The position numbers were made by a program, and so were the translations under genes. From Candidatus Saccharimonadales bacterium (GTDB lineage: Bacteria > Patescibacteriota > Saccharimonadia > Saccharimonadales > JBGSXW01), in NCBI GenBank assembly GCA_041751215.1, contig JBGSXW010000005.1, forward strand, positions 131,664-195,663: a stretch of 64,000 nucleotides of DNA, in the 5' to 3' direction. Under the pieces are notes generated by a model. The model made no database searches. It was not told the DNA's origin and worked only from the letters and a program-made list of their open reading frames with translations. Shown here piece after piece: positions 8,389 to 17,987 of this stretch; the stretch's first letter is position 1; every line of letters starts with the position of its first letter.

Positions 8389-8985
8389 ATGACAAAATAC
8401 GTACTAAATTCTGGCGGCATCAGAAACAATCCAGAACTAAAGAAAAAGTTTCACCAAGAATTAGTTAAGGGCCTAAACAGTGGTCCAAGATTTGTTCTTT
8501 GTAACTTCGCCCAGGGCAGAGAGTACTGGGAAGAAAAATTCCAAGGATATTGCGACGCTATCCAGATCGACATGCCCGGAGGGGTTAATCCCTTGTTTGA
8601 ACTGGCAACCCCAGATACGTTTGTTGAGCAGTGTCAAAGTGCCGACGTTATATACATGCACGGCGGCGATAGTCATTTGTTGCAGTTTTGGATGAAGCAG
8701 TTTGACCTAAATGAGCTTTTTAAAGACAAGGTAGTGGCCGGAAACTCAGCCAGTTCAATGATGATAGCCGATTCATTCTGGACCTGCGATTGGCGAACCT
8801 GCGATAAGGGCTTCGGAATTTTACCGATAAAGTTCATCCCCCATTACAAATCAGTTTTTGGCGAAGATGATCCCCGTGGTCCTATCGATTGGGACAAAGC
8901 CTATCAAGAACTTCAAAACTACAGCGACAAGAGTCTGCCGATTTATGCCCTCAAAGAAGGCGACTTCGCTGTTTTTGAAACTTAA
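8389..8985 (+). CDS. peptidase S51 (dipeptidase E)-like / class I glutamine amidotransferase-like protein
   Basis: ADVIYMHGGDSHLL...VVAGNSASSMMIA resembles the S51 GGGNT...G-SAG arrangement. Motif-level only. Confidence 0.45.
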   Translation: MTKYVLNSGGIRNNPELKKKFHQELVKGLNSGPRFVLCNFAQGREYWEEKFQGYCDAIQIDMPGGVNPLFELATPDTFVEQCQSADVIYMHGGDSHLLQFWMKQFDLNELFKDKVVAGNSASSMMIADSFWTCDWRTCDKGFGILPIKFIPHYKSVFGEDDPRGPIDWDKAYQELQNYSDKSLPIYALKEGDFAVFET

Positions 8986-10079
8986 CTAAGTGCTTGCTTG
9001 TAAACTTCAAGGGTTTCTTTTACCATTTTCGACCAAGAATACTTTGATAGCTGTTTTTTGCCGTTCTTGATGAGTCGATCTCTAAGGGTTGTATCCTCTA
9101 GCACTTCACGAATCGAATTAGCGGTGTCGGCAACATTAGTTGGATCAAAGTAGTGAGCGGCCTCGCCATAGACTTCTGGGAGGCAGGTAGCGTGGCTGGA
9201 GACGACTGGCAAGCTGTGCTGCATGGCTTCGAGGCCGGGTAATCCAAAACCTTCGGACAGTGACGGAAACACATAAGCCTGTGCGTTTTTATACATCCAC
9301 TCTAGCTGAGCGTCACTTACAAAGCCAAGCAGCTCCACATTATCTAGACCTTCTGACTTAATGTGAGCTTCTAGTTGTTCGTAAAAAAAGTCCGGCTTGC
9401 CGGCCAATGCTAGCTTCAGATTAGGGGTAGTCTCTTTGAGAATGCGCATTGCCTCTGTTAGGTGTTTAAGGTTTTTGTAAGGAAAGGCGTTTCCAACATA
9501 CATAATGAAGCTCTGACCGTTAAGCTCATCAATAGGTTCATCTTTTTGCTTTGGATTAAGCTCGGCTGCCGCTTCGTAAGTTACGGTTACCTTGCTGTCT
9601 TTGACGCCCGTAAACCTCATTAGGTCTTTTTTAGAATACTGAGAGGGTGTAATTAAGTGCTTTGCGTGATGAGCAGTTAGCCAAAGCATCAATTTAAAAA
9701 ATGTTTGCCGGATAAAGTAGATGGCAGGATTGATATCAAGGTTTTTAAAATGAACCAAAGTTAGGTCGTGAACAGTGGTTACGCGTCGCCTCAAGTAGAG
9801 TATTGGCTGTTGTGGCATCGTAAAGTGCACGAGATCTGCTTTTTGCCGGTATAAAAACCAAGCAAACCCAAGCTGTTCGCTCGATCGGTATGGCTTATAT
9901 TTTACAGAGATACGCTTAAAGTTTGGCTGACTAGGCTCCCAGGAGGACTCATCACTGGGATTTACCACTACCGTATATTCAGTGTCTTTATCGGCTACCT
10001 CTAGCCCTTTTAAAAGTTCACGCATGTAGCGTCCTGTAGAGCCGCTAAGCGCCCGCGCATCAATAACAATTTTTGACAT
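8982..10079 (-). CDS. glycosyltransferase family 4 (GT-B, GT1 clan)
   Basis: C-terminal EGFGLPGLEAMQHSLPVVSS (the E-x7-E region typical of GT4). Confidence 0.8.
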   Translation of the reverse strand: MSKIVIDARALSGSTGRYMRELLKGLEVADKDTEYTVVVNPSDESSWEPSQPNFKRISVKYKPYRSSEQLGFAWFLYRQKADLVHFTMPQQPILYLRRRVTTVHDLTLVHFKNLDINPAIYFIRQTFFKLMLWLTAHHAKHLITPSQYSKKDLMRFTGVKDSKVTVTYEAAAELNPKQKDEPIDELNGQSFIMYVGNAFPYKNLKHLTEAMRILKETTPNLKLALAGKPDFFYEQLEAHIKSEGLDNVELLGFVSDAQLEWMYKNAQAYVFPSLSEGFGLPGLEAMQHSLPVVSSHATCLPEVYGEAAHYFDPTNVADTANSIREVLEDTTLRDRLIKNGKKQLSKYSWSKMVKETLEVYKQALS

Positions 10080-10109
10080 GAGCTTACTTTACAGTCTTTT
10101 CCCCTGTAT

Positions 10110-11180
10110 TTAAACTCGTTCGACTGCCGATATGGCTGCCTCAATCAGGCGCTTAGCCTTGTTCTGGTCGTTTGGATGGCTAAAATTATGCACTCCATAC
10201 ATAGCAATCCGATAGATTAAAATGATCTGAAATAACTTTTCGTGCTGTTTGTTTGGCTTAAACGCCGGTTGAGATTTGTAAAAATGATTAAGGTGGGGCC
10301 GAGCAGCTTCTAATATGTTTACGGAACGGTTAATAAAGGGAATAAGCGTCCTAGTTTGTTCTCGGCGCTGATGGACCTGCCAAAACAGCACCAAGGTTAA
10401 GATGTCGATTTCCGGAAACAAATACTCTGAGCGGTCGCCGTCGATAAACACATAGTTCCCGTCACTTTGTTCTATAACATTGCGATGAACTAAATCGCCG
10501 TGAATGGTCGACCAAATAAGCGATTGGCCGCTCCAGTGCTCAAGACGCTTACTCACCAGGGCGTCTAGCTTATTTGTGTACGGTCGGGCAGTTTCGGAGA
10601 TTTCTAACTCAGAAAAACGCTTGATAATTGCTTTTGGCGCAAACACGCGCTTCCTGCACTCGGCAGTGTAGAGGGGTGATATGGCGTCAATAATTTCATT
10701 GATGTGGCTGCCGCTAATGCCAGTTGCACGCAAAACTCCGCCCTCTATTAGGGTTTCGGTGCTGTAGTAAAAGGGTGGGCGAGCAACAAAGCGATGCGAA
10801 AACGGTCGTTGGATACTATGAGATTGACGAAGAAAGTCAGTGTTATTAGCTATTCTTTGGTTGCCGATATGATCAAGGCTTAAACGGTGAACTCGCTGGC
10901 GTTTTCGGTCAAAGACTATGACAATGTGGTCACTGACGTAAGGTGCTAGTCCCCGAAGCTGGCTAAAGCGCAAAAAGTAATTTCGCCAAGCTCTGGGCAC
11001 ATACCAGTAGCCATCGATCTGGTTGCCCATCAACACCACTTCTTTGTGGCTTCTCCAGATATGAAAGCGCCGCCTAAAGGTCGCCAATCGTCCTTCTGGC
11101 GGCAGCTCGGCTGCTAAAAAATCGTATTTAGTAAAATTCACGAAGACATTAATTCCTCCGCGGCGAGCACCTTGTGGCAC
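10110..11180 (-). CDS. protein-kinase-fold phosphotransferase (APH/choline-kinase-like)
   Basis: Brenner-type catalytic loop IHGDLVHRNV followed by FIDGDRS (metal-binding D). The GTG start is uncertain. Confidence 0.55.
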   Translation of the reverse strand: MPQGARRGGINVFVNFTKYDFLAAELPPEGRLATFRRRFHIWRSHKEVVLMGNQIDGYWYVPRAWRNYFLRFSQLRGLAPYVSDHIVIVFDRKRQRVHRLSLDHIGNQRIANNTDFLRQSHSIQRPFSHRFVARPPFYYSTETLIEGGVLRATGISGSHINEIIDAISPLYTAECRKRVFAPKAIIKRFSELEISETARPYTNKLDALVSKRLEHWSGQSLIWSTIHGDLVHRNVIEQSDGNYVFIDGDRSEYLFPEIDILTLVLFWQVHQRREQTRTLIPFINRSVNILEAARPHLNHFYKSQPAFKPNKQHEKLFQIILIYRIAMYGVHNFSHPNDQNKAKRLIEAAISAVERV

Positions 11181-11217
11181 CCACTGATTAATTATACCAA
11201 AATAAGGTAGCTTGGAC

Positions 11218-12381
11218 CTATTCGAAGCTTTTAATCAATGACAGCATCTTTTTAGCCGACTTTTCCCAGGTCCACCGCTTAACGTTGGCTTGACCAGCTT
11301 TAATAAGGTCGTTTCGTTTGGATTCATGGGTCAGAAGATCGCGCATGGCTTCTTCTATGGCCAGAGGGTTATAAGGATTGACCAGCCTTGCGGCGTCTCC
11401 AGCCGTTGCAGGCATAGCGGTTGTGTTTGCTGTAATCACTGGTACTCCGGCGGACATGGCCTCTAGGATTGGCAGGCCAAAACCTTCGTAAATCGAAGGA
11501 AAAACAAAAACTGTTGCCCCAGCAAACAAGGCCGGTAAATCATCGTTAGCTACAAAGCCAGTCTTTATAACAGGGCTTCCGTTATCTTCGAGCAGTTTGA
11601 TTTGGCGGTTTATGTCTTCGTCTTTCCAGCCGGCGGCACCAGCCAAGACTAGTGGATATTGGCTTTTGAGACGGGCTGGCAGACGGCTATACGCTGCTAG
11701 CACTCCACCAATGTTTTTTCTGGGCTGCAGCGAACCAACAAATAAAATGTATCCCGGAGGTAGGTTATATTTACCGCGCACGGTTTTGATTTTTGCTGGC
11801 GCAATTTTTCCGTAATTTTGATCGACACCAAGTGGCACATGAGTAGCTTTGGTAACAATATTTCCATAGTGTTTAAGTATCGAGCTTGCGACAAACTCAG
11901 AGATCGTTAACGTCTGAGCGCCGGGTCGGCCTATCGAGTAAGGAACAAAGCGGGCAAGGTAGCGACGGTTTCGCTTTTCTACAACCTCTGGCATATCTTC
12001 GTGAACCAAATCACAGACCACCACAAGAGAAGGCGCGTTATTAATCAGCGGATAACTAACAAAATTAGGATAAATAACTAAATCTGGTTGCTGAGAGAGC
12101 CAACGATTAACGGCCAGAGGCCGAATCTTAAAGGCTAAGCTATAAAGCTTACGCGGAATAGGCAAAAATTCGTAGCTGACTCGTGCGCCTTTTAGTTCTT
12201 GACCGTGTTGTTTATCGCCCTTAAATCCTAGTATTACGTAATGATTAGACTTATCGGCTTTAATCGTCGCTTTAAGCAGTTCGTAGGTGTACTGCCCAAC
12301 ACCGTCTTTGGGGCGAAACAGCGGGGTTCCATCAACAAATATGCGCATACTTAGACCTGATCTTAACTTAGCTTGTTCCAC
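11218..12381 (-). CDS. glycosyltransferase family 4
   Basis: EGFGLPILEAMSAGVPVI. The start is either the GTG at 12381 (overlapping the upstream gene) or the ATG at 12348 (MRIFVDG). Confidence 0.8.
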   Translation of the reverse strand: MEQAKLRSGLSMRIFVDGTPLFRPKDGVGQYTYELLKATIKADKSNHYVILGFKGDKQHGQELKGARVSYEFLPIPRKLYSLAFKIRPLAVNRWLSQQPDLVIYPNFVSYPLINNAPSLVVVCDLVHEDMPEVVEKRNRRYLARFVPYSIGRPGAQTLTISEFVASSILKHYGNIVTKATHVPLGVDQNYGKIAPAKIKTVRGKYNLPPGYILFVGSLQPRKNIGGVLAAYSRLPARLKSQYPLVLAGAAGWKDEDINRQIKLLEDNGSPVIKTGFVANDDLPALFAGATVFVFPSIYEGFGLPILEAMSAGVPVITANTTAMPATAGDAARLVNPYNPLAIEEAMRDLLTHESKRNDLIKAGQANVKRWTWEKSAKKMLSLIKSFE

Positions 12382-13619
12382 TCAAGGCGTGGCTTAACAA
12401 TGGCTTCTCGTTTTGGGTCCCATTTTGGAGCACTTTCCGGCTCAGTGAGATTAAAGGCAACTTTGGCGGGAGTGTTTATTGGGTTTATTGTCCAGGTGTC
12501 TTTATAAATGTCGCAGTCCATGGCCAAGGTATAACGTCCAGCTTTGAGCATGTCGGTTGGCAGACTGACCCCGAGTTTGTTGACTCCAGGTACTAGCTTT
12601 GGCTGATGGTCCTTGCCCTTGTCGGTGTGAGAAGTCCTTAGGATGCGGCGATCTTGCTCGTCAAACAAACTAAGCCCAACAGACATAGCGTCAAACGGGC
12701 TCTCAATTTGTACTTCTAGCTCAGCTTTAACTTCATCGCCGAGTTTAATAGAAACAGCCTCGTTGGATTTTGATGAAGCCCCTTCGACTTTAAGTAGTTT
12801 TGGAATAATTCGATCATCTACTACAACTAAACTTTTATCAGCTTTCCAGAACGATCCTGCGACGCGCCCGCTCTCGCCCAGGTAAGTTTCTACTACCTTT
12901 TCGATGCCCTCAAACATCAGTTGCTTGCCGTCTTTGAGGTAGATTCCGGTATCGCATAGTTCGATTGCTGAGCCCATTGAGTGAGTAACAAAAAGTACTG
13001 AGCGCCCCTCAAAAGCGGCAGCCTTCATTTTTTCGGTAGCCTTTTTTCTAAATTTTACATCGCCGGCTGCTAGAGCCTCATCGATAATCATAATTTCCGC
13101 GTCAAGGTGAGCAGCGACGGAAAAGGCCAAGCGGCTACGCATACCAGAAGAATAATGTTTTACCGGATTGTCGATAAAGCCACCAACTTCAGAGAACTCT
13201 ACAATCTCGGTAAACTTGCGAGCAATTTCCGCCTTGCTCATACCCAGCAGCGCTCCGTTAAAAAAGACATTCTCGCGGCCAGTTAGTTCTTGGTGGAACC
13301 CGGTCCCAACTTCTAATAGACTGGCGGTCTTGCCTCTAATTATTGCTTGTCCGGTGGTTGGAGCAACAATGTGGGAGAGAATTTTGAGCAATGTTGATTT
13401 GCCGGCTCCGTTGCGACCGACTACTCCTAGTGTTTCGCCTTCGTGCACCTTAAAGTTGATGTCCTTGAGTGCCCAAAATTCTTCTTTGTGAGTAGCGGGC
13501 TCTCCGCGGCCAAGCAACGGGTTGCTCTTGAGAATATCTTTTAAGCTATCGGGCTTATTTTGACGCTTAACGATGTAGCGCTTACTAAGATTTTTAACTT
13601 CTATAACAGGCTTGCTCAT
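12363..13619 (-). CDS. polysaccharide ABC exporter ATP-binding protein (Wzt/TagH-like) with C-terminal extension
   Basis: Walker A GRNGAGKSTLLK, signature YSSGMRSRLAF, Walker B IIDEALAAGD. About 170 extra C-terminal residues follow the NBD. ATGA overlap with the permease gene. Confidence 0.8.
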   Translation of the reverse strand: MSKPVIEVKNLSKRYIVKRQNKPDSLKDILKSNPLLGRGEPATHKEEFWALKDINFKVHEGETLGVVGRNGAGKSTLLKILSHIVAPTTGQAIIRGKTASLLEVGTGFHQELTGRENVFFNGALLGMSKAEIARKFTEIVEFSEVGGFIDNPVKHYSSGMRSRLAFSVAAHLDAEIMIIDEALAAGDVKFRKKATEKMKAAAFEGRSVLFVTHSMGSAIELCDTGIYLKDGKQLMFEGIEKVVETYLGESGRVAGSFWKADKSLVVVDDRIIPKLLKVEGASSKSNEAVSIKLGDEVKAELEVQIESPFDAMSVGLSLFDEQDRRILRTSHTDKGKDHQPKLVPGVNKLGVSLPTDMLKAGRYTLAMDCDIYKDTWTINPINTPAKVAFNLTEPESAPKWDPKREAIVKPRLEWNKLS

Positions 13620-14452
13620 GCTAGATCAACAATGTCCCTTTCTACCCGTTTGTACAAAAGGGTTCCAACAACTAGCGATACAATCATGGTAATAAACGGT
13701 AGAATCAACCAATTCCAATGGATTGCAGATGGATCAAACCAGCTTTGTCGCATCGTCTCGATAACTGCCGCCGCCGGATTTAAGAAGAAAAACGGCTGCC
13801 AACTTTCTGGGACAACATCAAGCGGCCAAATAACGGGCGTGCCGAAAAACAACAAGCGCATTATAAAAGGCACCAACTGCTTGATGTCGCGGAACCACAT
13901 GTTTAGTGAGCCAAGAATCAAACCAACTCCGTAGCCGGTTAACATGAGCATCAAAAGCGCGGGTAGCAGTAAGGCATAAGTTAGCATTGGCAGCGGATGA
14001 CCGAATATAAAACCCATCAACATCAACAGAGCAAAGGCAATAAAAAAGTCTACAAGTCGTGAGATTATCGAGGCGATAGCCGGGATTATTCGTGGAAAGT
14101 ACAGCTTCTTAAAAAGCCCCTGATTGTTTAGAAAGCTATTAATGGTTCCAGATAATGCGGGCTCAAATAGCTGCCACAATATGAAGCCTAAAAAGATCAA
14201 AAGGCCTGACGGAATGCTACCATCACCAAAGGATCTGCCCAGTCTTTGAACGATAATAAAGTTAACCAACGCCATGTAGAGCAGCGGCTGCAAAATAACC
14301 CAGAGCACTCCGAGCGTAGCTTCTTTGTAGCGAATCTTAAATTCGCGCCAAGTAAAGAAATATATCAATTCCTTATACTTAATTAGCTCAGGGATAACTG
14401 GTTCGCGCCGGTTAGGGCCGATAACTACTTCGTGTTTCATTTCTGCCGCCAT
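13616..14452 (-). CDS. ABC-2 type polysaccharide exporter permease (Wzm/TagG-like)
   Basis: Six predicted TM segments and an N-terminal ELIYFFTWREFKIRYKEATLGVLW motif typical of ABC-2 permeases. Translationally coupled to the ATPase. Confidence 0.8.
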   Translation of the reverse strand: MAAEMKHEVVIGPNRREPVIPELIKYKELIYFFTWREFKIRYKEATLGVLWVILQPLLYMALVNFIIVQRLGRSFGDGSIPSGLLIFLGFILWQLFEPALSGTINSFLNNQGLFKKLYFPRIIPAIASIISRLVDFFIAFALLMLMGFIFGHPLPMLTYALLLPALLMLMLTGYGVGLILGSLNMWFRDIKQLVPFIMRLLFFGTPVIWPLDVVPESWQPFFFLNPAAAVIETMRQSWFDPSAIHWNWLILPFITMIVSLVVGTLLYKRVERDIVDLA

Positions 14453-14476
14453 TATATCAACAATGCAGGGGCAACC

Positions 14477-15454
14477 CTACGAACCCTTTGTAAGCAGTAA
14501 CATTGCCCAACGGTCGTATGAAGCAGCTTCAAGTTCAGCAAAATTAGCGACACCGATTAGATTGCCAGTTCCGTGCTCAATTACTTGAACCGAGCTAAAT
14601 GCGTCTTGTAGTTCTTTAAAGAAACCCTTGGCATCTTCGTAAGCATCGATTGTAAATTCTAGGAATAGACGCAGGTTAGGGCTGTTCTTTAGGACTTGCT
14701 CCATACCAGCAAACGCTTTGTCTTCAAAGCCTTCGACGTCGAGCTTCATTAGACCAACTTCTTTGATGTTTTGCTCCTTAGCGTACTGATCGATGGTTTT
14801 AACTTTGGCTTTAATTGTTTCCTCGACTTCGTATTCAATTCCGGTGTACTCGGCGAGGCGCTTCGAGTCGTTGATGCTCGAGCTGCACCACTGATCTTTG
14901 AGCAGGTTAAAAGTAATCGATCCTGGCTTATCACTGATTGCGGCTTGTTCAACGTGGTAGTGGTTAAACAATCCACTGACTTTAGCTGACTTATCGATTA
15001 GCGGAGTTAGATGCGGGTTTGGTTCAATAAAATGTACGGCGGCCTTAGTTTTTAAATCTAAGTCCGGAGCAGCGATTAATCCGTAATAGCCAAAGTTTGC
15101 ACCAACGTCCAGGACGACATCGTCTGGTCTGATTTGAGTTCGCCAAACTCCGGTAATCTCTTTTTCCCAGATACCCTCAAACATGATGTGAGGGCTAAAA
15201 GACGTGTCGCGGGTGTCTACGTACATTTTTTGACCAGTGAACAGACGCGTTAAAGCTTCGGTTTGACCAGTGTTAACGGTCATGCCGTTCTTAATCATGT
15301 CAACGTAAAAAGCTAGACTGTCTAACTTATCAACAACGTTTTGCAAGGCGCCACTATCGCTTCCAGCTCCTAAAGCGCTTAAGCGTTCTTCCGGTGTTAG
15401 TTCGATCTCGCCGTATTTCTTTTGAGCTTTTTTGTCGGACTTCTTAATATTCAC
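14477..15454 (-). CDS. FkbM-family SAM-dependent methyltransferase
   Basis: LDVGANFGYYG (SAM-binding loop) and MKLDVEGFE (FkbM signature). Confidence 0.7.
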   Translation of the reverse strand: MNIKKSDKKAQKKYGEIELTPEERLSALGAGSDSGALQNVVDKLDSLAFYVDMIKNGMTVNTGQTEALTRLFTGQKMYVDTRDTSFSPHIMFEGIWEKEITGVWRTQIRPDDVVLDVGANFGYYGLIAAPDLDLKTKAAVHFIEPNPHLTPLIDKSAKVSGLFNHYHVEQAAISDKPGSITFNLLKDQWCSSSINDSKRLAEYTGIEYEVEETIKAKVKTIDQYAKEQNIKEVGLMKLDVEGFEDKAFAGMEQVLKNSPNLRLFLEFTIDAYEDAKGFFKELQDAFSSVQVIEHGTGNLIGVANFAELEAASYDRWAMLLLTKGS

Positions 15455-15456
15455 GG

Positions 15457-16776
15457 CTACTTACCTATGCTTTCTAGGGCTTTGTTAAAGCGGGCCTCAA
15501 ATTTTTCTAGAGTAAATTTACTGACAACTTTATGACCCTTGGCTACCATGTCTTCTCGGAGCTTGGCGTCGTTTGCAACCTTAACAATTGCATCAGCGAT
15601 CTCCTTAGGATTGTAGGGGTCCTCAACATAGAAGGCAGCGTCGCCGCCAGCTTCGGGCAAGGCACCGCGGTTAGATGTAATTACCGGTAGGTCGTTGAGC
15701 ATGGCCTCGAATATCACCAAACCGATGCCTTCGTAAACCGAAGGAAAGACAAACATCATCGCGTTTTTAAACAGGGTGTACTTATCGGCTTCAGACACGT
15801 AACCAGTAAAACGAACATTGTTGCGAACCTCTGGACTCAGCGAACGAAACTTAGCTTCGATATCCTCAAAGCCGTAGCCCGGTCCACCAACTAACACGAG
15901 CGGCATGTTGATTTTGCTGGCAATCATCGAGTAGCCATCAAGCAAATTCTCGATGTTTTTACGCTTTTCTAAAGTAGAGGTAAAGAGCAAGTATCGCTTG
16001 GACCTTAGGTCCATATTCTGCAAAATTGAAGTTTGCGGTACATCCTTTGGCGGACTAGACGCGGTTCCATACAAAACGTGAACGTTAGCTTCTGGGTTAA
16101 CCTCTTTAATTTTGCCAGCAGTATCCTCGGAGTTTGCCATTAAGAGGTCAGAGTTTGTGACGGAAGAGTAAAATTGATGAGCGTAGCGGTTAGGCGTGTC
16201 GTTGTCTGGTGGTGCTTCAATTAATTCAAACGGCATAACGTCATGTACGAAGTGTGCCAGTTTGGCGCTGCCAACATCGCTCGATCTAATAACTGTTGGC
16301 GATGCACAAATTACCAAATCTATCTTGTGCTTTTTAACTAAGCGCTTAATTAGCATTCGAGAAGTTCGAACGTAGTTACGAACCAAGAACTGATAAAAGA
16401 ATGGAGAGCGAATGAAGAAGTTTAGCTGTTTCTCTAGGCCTGAACTTCCGGATAGATAGTCAGTGTTAACTTTAACCTCCTTAGTTTTAAAGAAATCAGT
16501 TCTTAAAATGGTCTTAGCGATGTTGCGACGGCTGTATCCGCCAGGAATGATGTAGCGGAAGCTGCTGCGACCCTCTCGCAAATAATGCTGTAAGTAGATG
16601 TGCTCGACTTTGTTGTTGATTTGAGCGGATTTTTCAAACGCTTGGCCATCAGGATAACCAACAAGGAGTCCGACTTCGTGACCTTCGGCCTCGGCAGCTT
16701 TTACTAAGCTTTTGAGAATAAAATTAATCCCGCGGGCTTTTTCTTCAATATCTGGCGAAACGAACAGTATTTTCAT
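15457..16776 (-). CDS. glycosyltransferase family 4
   Basis: EGIGLVIFEAMLNDLPVITS. Confidence 0.8.
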   Translation of the reverse strand: MKILFVSPDIEEKARGINFILKSLVKAAEAEGHEVGLLVGYPDGQAFEKSAQINNKVEHIYLQHYLREGRSSFRYIIPGGYSRRNIAKTILRTDFFKTKEVKVNTDYLSGSSGLEKQLNFFIRSPFFYQFLVRNYVRTSRMLIKRLVKKHKIDLVICASPTVIRSSDVGSAKLAHFVHDVMPFELIEAPPDNDTPNRYAHQFYSSVTNSDLLMANSEDTAGKIKEVNPEANVHVLYGTASSPPKDVPQTSILQNMDLRSKRYLLFTSTLEKRKNIENLLDGYSMIASKINMPLVLVGGPGYGFEDIEAKFRSLSPEVRNNVRFTGYVSEADKYTLFKNAMMFVFPSVYEGIGLVIFEAMLNDLPVITSNRGALPEAGGDAAFYVEDPYNPKEIADAIVKVANDAKLREDMVAKGHKVVSKFTLEKFEARFNKALESIGK

Positions 16777-16868
16777 TTAATCTCCGATTTGTAGCATTAG
16801 AGACATTATATATGATAGAAACCTGTTTACTAAGCTCCGAAGCTCTCATTTACTGCTAAAATTGAGAT

Positions 16869-17987
16869 ATGAAATATTTGATTGCGTCTGCAAACGGCTA
16901 CGGAAATGTTGGTGATGATTTGATTGCTCAAGCATTGAAATCGATGTTGAGTGAAATTGACAGTCAGGCTGAGGTTAAGCTCACCAGACCTCAATGTGAT
17001 CCCAAGGAGGTTGCGTGGGCCGATGCGGTGATTATCGGCGGCGGGGGCTTGCTTTACGATTACGACAAAGTACGAAGCAACGTTAGTAACTATTTATCTT
17101 ACGTAAAAGTTGCAAGAAAACTCAAAAAACCCGTCTACTTAATTGGAATCGCCGAACAAGGAATCTTCACCGAAGCCGGCAAGGCCGCGTATCGACGCGA
17201 GTTAAGCACGGTAAACCTAATAACAGTTCGAAGCAAAACCGACCGAGATGTGCTGCGCTCGATTGGGGTTGAAGCTCCAATCTTAGCTCTGCAAGATTTA
17301 GTTTTTTCGATGTCTTACGGCGATGGCAACAATCGTGCGCGTAAAGCCAGGCGCAAACTCCCAGGACGTAAACCCCGATTGGCACTGAGTTTACCGCAGC
17401 TCACCAGCCAAGGTTTGGAGCTCGAAGCCATGGGCAAGGATTTAGCCCGACAGCTAAAGCTTTACGAAGCCTACTTAAAAACTAACTCGATCGATAAGTT
17501 GTTTAAGGACTTTAAAGTTACTTTAGTTTGCCAAAGCCGAGATGACCTTGCTTACTGCCAGGTACTTAGCAAGCGGCACCAAGTTAAACTGGTTTACCCA
17601 GAGGACATTGCACACTCAGCAGCTGTTATTAAGGCCTACAGCAAAGCCGACATTGTTTTAACCGGAAGGCTTCACGGTTTGATTCTGGCCGCCATGCTCG
17701 GCAAACCAATTGCAGCTTTTGGATTAAAGTCGCAGAAGCTCGACAAGCTAATCGAAGAGCGACTGCCCTCACTTCAGCCATCGTTCTTTAGCCTTGATGA
17801 TTTAGTTAAGGGCAAGTTGTTCGAGAGTCTTGGCAAACACTATAAAACCGGAAAAATTAAGCGCCCCGATCCGGTTGAAGTTGATCTTTGTCGCCGACTA
17901 GCAAAGCTAAATAAACCTGTTTTAGAAGCAGCCCTGCTTAATGATTTTGGCGCCAAGATAAGCTCGTCCAAAACCCGAGTAAAATGA
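16869..17987 (+). CDS. polysaccharide pyruvyl transferase family protein (CsaB/WcaK-like)
   Basis: GYGNVGDDLIA near the N-terminus, IIGGGGLLYD, and GRLHGLILAAMLGKP near the C-terminus. Confidence 0.65.
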   Translation: MKYLIASANGYGNVGDDLIAQALKSMLSEIDSQAEVKLTRPQCDPKEVAWADAVIIGGGGLLYDYDKVRSNVSNYLSYVKVARKLKKPVYLIGIAEQGIFTEAGKAAYRRELSTVNLITVRSKTDRDVLRSIGVEAPILALQDLVFSMSYGDGNNRARKARRKLPGRKPRLALSLPQLTSQGLELEAMGKDLARQLKLYEAYLKTNSIDKLFKDFKVTLVCQSRDDLAYCQVLSKRHQVKLVYPEDIAHSAAVIKAYSKADIVLTGRLHGLILAAMLGKPIAAFGLKSQKLDKLIEERLPSLQPSFFSLDDLVKGKLFESLGKHYKTGKIKRPDPVEVDLCRRLAKLNKPVLEAALLNDFGAKISSSKTRVK

